Assembly: GCA_026770705.1 (NCBI GenBank)
Contig: JANJGN010000032.1
Coordinates: 16,554,001-16,618,000, forward strand
DNA: 64,000 nucleotides
Reading direction: 5' to 3'
Source of the DNA: Isurus oxyrinchus
Taxonomy: Eukaryota
Made by a program: the position numbers and the translations under genes. This document shows positions 27,501 through 39,500 of the stretch, in pieces (within the stretch, counting starts at the first letter, position 1; every line of letters begins with the position of its first letter). Below the pieces are notes generated by a model that worked only from the letters and a program-made list of their open reading frames with translations, did not search any database and was not told the DNA's origin.

Positions 27501-30500
27501 TGTTTTGAGAGCTTAATGGTGTACAAAATATTTGAACAAGATTTCCCTCAATATTATTTTAAAAGCTCTGAAACTTGAGTGCAAAGCTGTTAACAAACCA
27601 AACTGGTGTTGAAAGAAAGACAATCTATCAATTGACAAGTGCCCCTGGACTGAAATTCTACTTCAAAAAGGTTGATCTTAAAATGGGAACATAATATGTA
27701 TGTACTATTATAGTTTAAAAAATAAGTCACAGTGAAACTAAAATCTCTTGGAACATGAAGATTAAAGCAAAATACTGTGGATGCTGGAAATCTGAAATAA
27801 AAACAGAAAATGCTGGAAATACTCAGGTCTGGCAGCATCTGTGGAGAGAGAAATAGAATTAACCTTTCGAGTCCATATGACTCTTCTTCAGAGTTAAAGA
27901 GAAGTAGAAATATGATGGATTTTATACTGTTTCATAGGGGGTGGAGCAAGTGAAACAAGATAGAAGGTCAGGGGTAGGTGAGAACTAAGGAGAGATTGAC
28001 AGAGAGAGTTCATAGTCTGAAGTTGTTAAACTCGATGTTAAGTCCAGAAAGCTGTCAGGTGCCTAATCGGAAGATGAGGTGCTATTCTTCCAGTTTGCAT
28101 TGGGCCTCACTGGAAAGTTGCTGCAGGCCAAGGACAGACATGGGCATGAAAGCAGAATGCTGAGTTGAAATGTCAAACGACAGGAAGGTCTGGGTCATGC
28201 TTGCAGACTGAGTGAAGGTGTTTCGCAAAGCAGTCACCCAGTCTGCGTTTAGTCTCCCCAATGTAGAGGAGGCCGCATTGGGAGCAGGGAATGCAGTAGA
28301 CCAAACTGAAGAAGGTGCAGGTGAAGTGCTATTTCACCAAAAGGAGTGTTTGGGGCCTAGGACGGTGAGGACGTAAAGGGACAGGTGTTGCACCTTCTGC
28401 AATTGCATGGAAAGATGCTGTAGGAAGGGGATGAGGAGTTGGAGATGATGGAGGAGTGGACCAGGGTATCACGGAGGGAATGGTCCCTACGGAATGCTGA
28501 CGGTGGGTGGGGTGGGTGAGGGGAAGATGTGTTTGGTGGTGGCATCATCTGGAGTTGGCAGAAATGGCAGAGGATGATCCCTTGAATGCGGAGGCTAGTG
28601 GAGTGAAAAGTGAGGACAAGGGAGACCCTCTCATGGTTCTGGGAGGGAGGGGAAGGGAAGAGGGCAGAGGTGTGGGAGGTGGGTCAGACACAGTTGTGGG
28701 CCCTGTCAACCACAGTGTAGTGGGGGGGACTTCGGTTAAGGAAAAAGGAAGACATGTCAGAAGTGCCGTTTTGGAAGGTGGCATCATTGGAACAGATGCA
28801 AAGGAGGTGGAGGTACTGAGAGAATGGGATGGAGCCCTTTACAGCAGGCGGTGTGAGGAGCTGTAGTCAAGGTAGCTGTGGGAATCAGTGGGCTTGTAAT
28901 GAATATTGGTGGACAATCTATCACCAGAAAGGTCAAGGAAGGGAAGTGTCGGAGATGGACCATGTGAAGGCGAAAGAGGAGTGGAAATTGGAAGCAAAAT
29001 TGATAAAAATTTTCCAGATTCAGGTGAGAGCATGAAGCAGCACTGATACAGTCATCGATGTACCCAAAAAAGAGATGTGGGAAGGGGGCCTGAGTAGGAC
29101 TGGAACAAGGCATGTTACACATACCCCACAAAAAGACAGGCATAACTGCAGCCCATGCAGGTACCCATAGCCACAGCTTTTATTTGGAGGAAGTGAGACA
29201 AGTTAAGGTGAAATTGTGCAGTGAGAGAACGAGTTTAACCAGGCAGAGGAGAGTGTTGGTGGTTGGGGATTGTTTCGGCCTCTGTTCAAAGAAGTAGCAG
29301 AGAGCCCTTAGACCATTCTGGTGGGCGACAAAGGTGCTGAGTGATTGGATGTCCATGGTGAAGAGGAGGCGGTTAGGGCCAGGAAACTGGAAATTGTTGA
29401 TATGACGTAGGGCATCAGAGGAATCACGAATGTAGGTGGGAAGAGACTGGACAAGGGGAGAGAGAATGGAGTCAAGATGGGAAGAAATTAGTTCCGTGGG
29501 GCAAGAACACACTGACACGATGGGTCTACCGGGGCAGCCCTCTTTGTAGATTTTGGGAAGGAGGTAGAAGCAGGCTGTGCAGGATTGGGAGACTGCAGTT
29601 GGAAACTGTGGAGGGAAGTTCTCCAGAGGAGATGAGGTCAGTGACACTCCTGGAAACCCTGCACAGCCCGCTTCACTTGCACCTTCTTCAATTTTACTGC
29701 ATTCGTCACTCCCAGTGCAGCCTCCTCTACACTGGAGAAACTAAACGCAGACTGGGTGACTGCTTTGTGAAACACCTTCAGTCCACAAACATGACCCAGA
29801 CCTTTCTGTCGCTTGCCATTTCAACACACCACCCTGCTCTCATGCCCACATGTCTGTCCTTTGCCTGCTGCAATGTTCCAGTGAAGCTCAATGCAAACTG
29901 GAGGAACAGCACCTCATCTTCCAACTAGGCACTTTACTTCCTTCCGCGCTTAACATTAAGTTCAAAAACTTCAGACCATGTAGACCATGTACTGTCTCCT
30001 CCCTCTTGACTCCTTTTTTAATCCAATTTTTATTTTTTTTATATTTAATGATTTGTTCATTTTTAATCCTTTTCCCCAAACCCCCTCTCCCCACAGGGCC
30101 ATCTTTCACTTGTTTTTGTTTTGCTTTCACGAGTGCCGACCCTTGTTCTGCTATTAACACCTTCTGCTATCTTACCTTTATGCCACTCTTAGCACTTTCT
30201 TTACTCTTTACCACTACCATCAACACTCCTTTTGTCTTGTGTCCATGACATCTTTGTCAATCTCTCTGTAGCTGTCACCTCTCCCTGACCTCCTGTCTCG
30301 TTCCAACTGCTCCATCCCCTCTGAAACAATATAAAATCCATCATATTTCTACTTTTTAGCTCTGAAGAAGAGCCATACAGACGTGAAACATTAACTCTGT
30401 TTCTCTCTCCACAGATCTGCTGAGCTTTTCCAGCATTTTCTGTTTTTATTTCTTGGAACACAATTGTGCTCGATCACAGTTGAACTTCGGTGGCATCCAC

Positions 30501-33500
30501 CATATTGTCATGTTAGATTTAATTTCTAACATGTAACTGGAATGGTATATGGATCGATCATTGATTTAGTTTGGAAAACAATTGAATGCCTTATAATTTT
30601 TTCACTTGGTTTCTATATAGCACATTGTGGTGTAATGCTGTCTTTGTTGTACTTCATCACAGATCTGCTAACAACAGAATTGAAGAATATGGACATGTTG
30701 GCTTCCTTGCCCACACCACCACACAATCAAAATGAGGAGCTAAGGTTTTTATTAACAACTACCACTCATTCCTCCTCCTACTCACTTTCTTGAAAACTCT
30801 TTGCCCTTTAAGCCTTCTGCTTCATGAATGTAAAGCTTTACTGCCTGGTGCACTAAAATCACTCTGCTATTTAAACACAAAGATAGAAGACATAACTAAT
30901 TAGCAGTGTGATTCTGGCACTTCGTGAAAAATATTTCACTTTCTTCCCTCTAATAGACCCCCAAATTAATTTTTACTTGGTAAATAAAATTTTACTAAAA
31001 CATAGAAAGCAACAGTAAGGGGGCAGTTATGTCAGGAAGTGCTGCTTTCCTATGCTTTCAGTCCCCATTATTTTACCTGAGCAGAGATTACATGTTTAAA
31101 AATGGAAACAGCCTTTGGAGCTTGTATATTTTTTTAAAAATCTGAATTAATAAAAGATGTTGGCTTTTTAAACTTGAAACTTAACTGTGAAACAACAAAA
31201 GCACATTGTTCTTTAAGAATGTGAAGATGGTGACGTAGTGGTAATATCACTGGATAGTAACACCATGGTGGCTGGTGGAACTTAACTTCAATTAATAAAA
31301 TCTGGAACAAAAAGCTAGTCTCAGTAATGGTGACCACGACAACTATCATTGATATAAAAACCCAACTGGTTCACTGTGCCCTTTAGAGAAGGAAACCTGC
31401 CATCCTCACCTGGTCTGGCCTACATGTGTCTCTTAACTGCCCTCTCCAATGGCCTAGCAAGCCACTCAGTTCAAGGGCAATTAGGGACGGGCAATAAATG
31501 CTGGCCTTGCCAGCGATGTCCACATCCCATGGAAGAAGTTTTAAAAAGATGGAGTGTGATTGAAGAATAAGTTCCGAGGTAAGGTCTAATGAAAAACCGT
31601 AGTGAATGTTTCTGCTTGCAGCCCAGAATGTTGCAGTATTTTTAAATCCTCTTAAAAGAAGTTGAGTTGTAATTTCTTCCTCAACAGTAGAGCAGAGATG
31701 GAAGAGGACAGACACACCCCAGACAGCATTGTGCCAGCATCCTCACCAGAAAGTGTGTTCGGGCAGGAAACTTCCAGGTTTCCCTTGCTGACTGAAATTA
31801 AGGAAGAGTCAATGGACCGTGCCCTTTCTCCTGTGATCCCCATAATTCCAGGAGCTTGCATCCCAGGTTGGTGTGAGAAATTAATAATTGTCATTCGAGC
31901 AATGCTCATTCTTTTAAAGCAGCCTGGATCAGCCTGAGCCATTGGTTGGCAAAAGGGGTGGATTGTGGTCGAAGGGAGGCAAAGAGGGGAGGGGGTCTCA
32001 TACTCTGGTTTTGGTCTCCCCAGTGTTGAATTGAAGAAAATTGCATGTCATCCAGGACTGGATATTTGGACAAGCAAAGCAAGGCTGATGATATAGAGGC
32101 AGTGGAAGGGTCAGTGGGTAAGAATGGAACCAAGAAGGACAGTCCACTTGACTGGATAATGAAGCAGAAGCATTGGTGGTGCGTGGGTGGTGTGGTTGCC
32201 TGTATCAGAGGCTGCAGACAAGTTACAAGGGATGAGGGATAGAGCACCGTGTTCTGAGGGTGTTACTTATGATTTTGACCCAGGCCATTTCAGTGTTGTG
32301 GCAAAGGTGAAAACCTGTCAAATATGAAGTTGTGGGAAAGATGGGGCATGGATTTGCAAGTTGACAACACATTTAAGGATAATGGGAATAGAAAGAACAG
32401 GTGAGATAGCAAGATCAAGGGATGGCCATGTAAATAGGTCGGACATTATATGGAGGGAGAGGTTAAAGGAGGCAAGTGCACCCAGAAAAGAAGGGGCAAA
32501 ATGAGTCGAGATGAAGAGCCAAGAATGAAGAATAGCTGAGGAAGGAAGAGAGTGAGAATAGCAAAGTGAGAAGCTTGGATAGGTAGTAAAGAATGCATAT
32601 TCAGTGGAGTAGTGAGTGAGTTGGGAAAGATGGGCACAGATTTGTGAGGTGACAACACATCTATTCTAGCCTGCAGTGCTCATCTCCTACTTGTTGACTG
32701 TACATCAGAAAACTGCTAGTTTCTCAGTTTTACCTCAGTACTATCTCGCTCCTGATGTGTTGGTTGAAGGAGCCAAAGGAATAAGGAGAAGGGACCAAGG
32801 TGTGATTTGGTGATAATGGTTGCAAGTAGGAACGGGAGTAGACCATATGGCCCATCGAACCTGCTCCGTCATTCAGTACGATCATGACTGATCTTGGGCT
32901 TCAACTCCACTTTCCTGCCCATTCCCCATATCCCTTGATTCCCTGAGACATCAAAAATCTTTCTATCCCAACCTTAAATGTATTCAACAATGGAACAACC
33001 ACAACCCTCTGGGGCAAAGAATTCCATTCCAAAGATTCTCATCCCTTTGAGTAAAATAATTTCTCCTCATCTCAATCAGTCCTAAATGATCGGCCCCTTG
33101 CCCTGAGACTGTGCGTCCATGTTTTAGATTCCCCAACCATGTCTACTCTATCAAATCCCTTCAGAATCTTGTACATTTCAATGAGATCACCTCTTGTTCT
33201 TCTAAAGGCAAGAGGGAAAGCTAATGGGAATTGATAAATAGGCTTTGACAGGAAGGGACAGAGAATACAAATCTAAGAGTAAATTGGCAGATAAGGCTAG
33301 AAGTTACAAAAATAACAAAAGGACAAAACTAAAGCCTCTGTATCTGAATGCATGTAGCATTCGAAACAAAGCAGATGAACTGATAGCGCAAATAGAAATA
33401 AATAAGCATGACCCGATAGCCATTACAGGGACATGGCTATAGGATGACATAGATTGGGACCTGAATATTGAAGGGCACATGACATTTAGGAAGGACAGGA

Positions 33501-36500
33501 AGCTAGAAAAAGGTGGAGAGGTGGTTCTGTTAATTAATGGTGGTATCAGCACAATATAGAGGGATGACCTAAGTTCAGGAACCAGGATGTAGAAGCAGTT
33601 TGGGTAGAAATGGGAAATGATAAAGGCAAGAAGTCACTTGTGGGAGTGCTGTATAGACCCCCTAGCAGTAACCACACGGTAGGGTGGGGTATAAAGGAAG
33701 AAATAATGGGAGCTTGTCAGAAAAGTACAGTGATAATCATGGGGGTTTTTAATCTATATGTAGACTGGAAAAATTAGATGGGCCATGGTAGCCTAGTTGA
33801 GGAATTCATAATTTCTTAGAACAGCACGTTCTGGTGCCAACCAGAGAGCAGGCTGTACTAGACCTGGTATTGTGCGACACAATAGGATTAATTCATGACC
33901 CTAGCTAGCAGTGATCATAATATAATTGAATTTTACATTCAGTTTGAGGGAGAGAAGAGCGGATCTAAAAAAACAGCAAAGAATAACTATAAGATTAATA
34001 AGGAGGGAAAAATTTGAGTACAAGAGAAAGCTAGCTAGAAATATAAAGACATAGTAATAGCTTCTATAGTTATTTAAATAAGAAAAGAATTAACAAAGTA
34101 AACATTGGTCATATAGAAACTGAGCCTGGGGAATTAATAATGGAAAATAAAGAGATGGCAGATGAATTGAACAAGTATTTTGCATAGGCCTTCACTATAG
34201 AGGATACAAGTAATGTCCCAGAAATAGCTGTAAATCAGGAAATGGAAGAAAGGGAGGAACTCAAAATTACAATCACCAGGGCTGTGGTACTGAGCAAATT
34301 GTTGGAGCTGCGAGCTGACAAGTCCCCAGGTCCTGATAGGCTTAATCTGAGGGTGTTGAAAGAAGTGGCTAGTGAGATAGTTGATGCGTTGGTTTTCAAA
34401 ATTCCCTAGATTAGATTCTATTAGATTGGAAAATAGCAAATATAACTCCTTTATTCAAAAAGGGAGGGAGTCAGAAAACAGGAAAATACAGGCCAGTTAG
34501 CTTAACATGGGAACAATATTAGAAGCTATTATTAAAGATGTTATAGCAGGGCACTTAGATGAATTCAAGGTAATCAGTTAGAGTCCAACATAATTTTGTG
34601 AGAGGGTAATCATGTTTAACCAATTTATTGGAATTCTTTGAAGCAGTATGGTGCTGTGGATAAAGGGGAGCCAGTGGATATACTGTAGTTAGATTTATGG
34701 AAGTCATTTGATAAGGTGCCACATAAAGGTTATTGTGGAAAATAAAAGCTCGTGGTGTAGCGGGTAATGTATTGGCATGGATAAAAGATTGGCTAACTAA
34801 CAGGAAACAGAAGGCATAAATGGGTCATTTTCTGGTTGGCAGGATATAACAAGTAATGTGCCACAGGGATCAGCACTGGGGCCTTAACTTTTTGCAATTT
34901 ATATAAATGATATGGATGAAGGGACCAATGGCATGGTTACTAAATTTGCTGTTGACACAAAGATAGTTAGGAAAGTAAGTTGTGAAGAGGACATAAGGAT
35001 TGGATAACAAATGGATATCGATAGGTTAAGTGAGTAGACAAAGATCTGGCAAACGGAGTACAATGTGAGAAAATGCGAAATTGTCCATTTAGGCAATGCA
35101 TACTATCTAAATAGTGAGAGATTGCAGAACTCAGAGATGCAGAGGGACCTGGGTGTTCTAGTGCATGAATCACAAAAGGTTAGAATGCAGGTACAGCAAG
35201 TAATTAGGAAAGCTGATAAAATGTTATTGTTTATTGCGAGGGGAATTGAATACAAAAGTAGGGAGGTTATGCTTCAGCTGTGCAGGGCATTGGTGAGACC
35301 ACATCTGGAGTACTGTGTACAGTGTTGGTCTCCTTATTTAAGAAGGGTGTAAATGTGTTGAAAGCAGTTCAGAGGAGGTTTACTAGACTAATACTTGTAG
35401 TGGATGGATTGTCTTATGAGGAAAGGTTGGCAAACTAGGCTTGTTGCTGGAGCTTAGAAGAGCAAGAGGTGATTTGATTGAAACAAAATCCTGAGAGGTC
35501 TTGACAGGGTGGATCTTCCTCTTGTGGGAGAATCTAGAACTGGGGGTTACTGTTTAAAAATGAGGGGTTGCCCATTTAAGATGGAGATGATGAGAATTTC
35601 TTTCTCTGAGGGTCATGAGTCTTTGGAACACCCTTTCTCAAAAGGTGGTGGAAGCAGAGTCTTTGAATATTTTCAAGGCAGAGGTAGATAGATTCTTGAT
35701 AAGGGGACGAAAGGTTATTGCGGGTAGGTGGGAATGTGGAGTTGAGATTACAGTCAGATCAGCCATGATCTTATTGAATGGCAGAGCAGGCTCGAGGGGC
35801 CAAGTGGCCTACTCCTGCTCCTAATTTGTATGTTTGCATATAAATTCTGGAGAAAATAGACCTAATTTGCTCAGCCTCTCATCATAGGACAACCCCCCTC
35901 ATTCCAGGGACCAATTTAGTGAACCTTTGCTGTACCATCTCTAATGCAAGCATATCTTTTAAATGTGGAGACCAAAACTGCATATGGTACTCCAAATGTG
36001 GTCTCACCAAAACCCTGTACAATTCTAGCAAGTCTTCTTTATTCCTGTACTCCAATCCCCTTGCAATGAAAATCGTTATTCCTGTACTCCAATCCCCTTG
36101 CAATGAAAATCGTTATTCCTGTACTCCAATCCCCTTGCAGTGAAGACCTTTATTCTTGTACTCCAATCCCCTTGCAGTGAAAATCGTTATTCCTGTACTC
36201 CAATCCCCTTGCAATGAAAATCGTTATTCCTGTACTCCAGTCTCCTTGCAGCGAAGACCTTTATTCTTGTACTCCAATCCCCTTGCAATGAAAATCGTTA
36301 TTCCTGTACTCCAATCCCCTTTCAGTGAAGACCTTTATTCCTGTACTCCTATCGCCTTGCAATGAATATCGTTATTCCTGTACTCTAATCCCCTTGCAGT
36401 GAAGACCAACATGCCATTTGCCTTCCTAATTGGCCACACCATCATCACAATTCTCTAGTTGGAATAGTTGGTGGACATCTAGCCATGCAGGAAGCTTCAG

Positions 36501-39500
36501 GAAGATCATGAATGTTAAGGGCCTTAAAAGATTAGAGATGCTGATGTTGATCCACAGGGATCCAAAGGAATTGAGGAGTGGTATCGGTGATTGGCAATGG
36601 ACACTAGCAGATCCAGTGTATCAGCAGAGGGATGAATGGAGTTGGTAGCATTGGGAAGCTAGTGAAAATTGATAAAATAAAGAATAGTAGGCAACAATGA
36701 GCAGGATAGGAACAGATCAACGCTAGCTAGCATAGTGATAAATTCCTGGTAGAGGAGTAGGAAACTGAGAACATAGGAACAGACCAGGTACTAGAAGCAA
36801 GGTAGTCCAGGAGGGTGCATGGCTATATGCTAAATACAATCTACTTAATTTCAGCCTGTGATTCTGGATGTAATTCTTGTGAACTTTATTAGGATATTTC
36901 ACAGTGGCTTCTAAGTCAATGTTTTAACATTGATTTTCAGCCTACAGTGGGAGGACCCTGGTGCAAAATCAATTTCTGCAGCATTTTGTTTCTACTGAAA
37001 GCTTTTTCTTGGTGATCATTCCTGTACATGCAAAGTATTTGAAAACCTAATCCTACTTGTTTAACAGCCAGCTCACTTCTTTGGGATCTACATTTGGTAT
37101 TAAAATTATTTGCCTTCTATGCCCTTCAATTGGGAATTATTGCATGAACTGCTGTTCTTATAGCCCTAGTTACAGCCAGAAGTGTTGTTGAATAACCATA
37201 GCTGAATTAATAACTGGGCTGTATTCTAAACACCAACTGAAGGTGACATCGGAAAGACTGAGCCTCTTCCTATTCTCACAAATTAGTTGGTATTTAAATT
37301 CTACTGTAGTGAAGATATAATGAAGATTGCCTGGGTTACTTGTGTGTTTTTCTTTGCGTTCAGGCTTCCTTCACGTAAGGAGTCACCAAGGTAGACCCTC
37401 TCTTTGGAATATACCATAATTGGTATTGTGCTTTATTTTTGTTCCTCATCTGGGATAAGAACTTTGGTGTCTGCCCAGGGAAAGTACCTCTACTGTGTAG
37501 GAAAGGACATCATATAGGTCACATCTGAATAACATTATATTACCATCAACATGTCTTTAAATTTGGTTTTACTGCTGCAATTTGTGGAGGATACTTTGTT
37601 CAAATAATTAAATAAAACCCTGAAAATTAGGTAATCTTTTATAATTAAAAAAAGAAACAAGCATATGCAATGTTATTTGATGTTTGTTGATTGGTAAGTA
37701 CACTCAAGTTCATTTGAATTACTAATTTGCCCTTTTTAATACTTCCTCCCTCCTTAGTATTTCCTGATACAAAGCCATTTGTAAATACAGAGCCATTTGT
37801 GGAAAATGCTGAGAAGGGTGCATCTTACCCTGGCCCTTGGAAGAGTGGGAAAGGAAACCAGGTTGCTGTCACATTAGACGTCTCGGGAGCAGCTGCCAAG
37901 GTAAATATATCAAAGTAATTTCTCGTGTCTGTTTTGAGTTTGGTTCATGGAAGTCAGTGTCCATCTTAACTTAAAGCAAAATGCTGCAGATGCTGGAAAT
38001 CTAAAGTCAAAACAAAGTACTGGAAGCACTCGGGTCTGGCAGCATCTGTTAAGAGCGAAACAGTTAACGTTTTGAGTCAAATATGAAGAAGAGTCATATT
38101 TGACTCAAAACATTAACTCTGTTTCTCCCTCCACAGATGCTGCCAGACCTCCTGAGCTTTTCCAGCACTTTTCTGTTTCTCTTCCATCTTAACTCTACTT
38201 CTTTTGAAATTGTTTGACATAAAATAAATACATTTTCCCCTATTTCTCATTGTGTGTTCTGGTACCAAATGTAATGAGAATTTTGCACATATTTGACATT
38301 TCAAAGATGCAGCTTTGGGACTGAAAAAATAGTGGTACATAAAAGTAGATGGGCAAGTAGTAGAAACTTTTTGTAAGCTTGTTTTCAATGACTTCTACAT
38401 TTCTACTGTATTTTTTATAGGATATAAACAGAATGATGACAACTTTCGCTCAGCTGCTTCAGATGAAGATCCCAGGTTCTTATGAGGTTACGTCTGTTCC
38501 AGATAGTCCACGTTCTTTTCTACCCGATGGGAAAAAAACCACATTAGAAGTTCCTGATCAAGGTATGTGTAATGTACTTTTCCAGAAGAAAGCCATTTAA
38601 CCTGTCACTGGGAATCCGTTTACAATATGTTGATGTGCCCTTTTCAGAATGGTGTTCCTTGCAGCCTAACAAATAGAAGTTTTGAAAGCGACACTCAGCC
38701 TTTCAGGACAAGATAAAAACTGAAAATGCTGGAAATACTCAGTGGGTGAGACAGCATCTGTTGAGAGATAAACAGAGTTAACGTTTCAGGTCGATGACAT
38801 TTTGTCAGCATTTTCTGTTTTTATTTTGGATTTCGAGCATCGCTAGTATTTTGCTTTTGCTTCAGAATGAAATATTGCCTCTGGACAATGTGAGATCTAA
38901 TCTGTCCATAAGTGAAAAGTAATGGCCCAAAGACATTTTCAGCGCTATAAGAATTTATTTTCAAATAATCTGTGTTTTTAATTGATTTTAAAATAATGGG
39001 AAATGGCCTTTTGATTCACCAAGTCTGCTCCTTCCATAGGCAGCATATAAATCCTCCCAAACATGTTTGACCCCACTTAATTAATCCCTCAAAGTAAAGT
39101 CCTGCAAAAAATCTCCTCAAATTTCCCCCATCCCAAAAGATAAGCAAATATCTATTTTGGCATACATCATGCAAAGAAATTGTAACACTGAAACAGACCA
39201 TTCAGCTTGACCAGTCTTTATCCCCCACATGAGCAGTAGCCTGAAACCCATGTGCTTGCGCAGTCCCTGTATCACTTTATTTCCTCTTCATTCAAACACC
39301 TATTGAACATGTTCTCTGTCAGGGAGTTATGTCCTAGTGAAAGTTAAGATTGTTCTACTTGTGCAGGGCCATTGTGCAGCAGATTGCTCTCACTGATAAT
39401 TTGCACAGACAAGTCTATGAACTAATGCATGTTTTTACAAAATATTATTGTCTGATCTGCTGACCCAAGAAAGTAAGTGCCCTAAATTATTATGGAGGAG

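Noticed and set aside
36039-36407. 37-bp repeats superficially like a CRISPR array
   Set aside because: Head-to-tail units with no spacers, derived from CR1, in a vertebrate intron.
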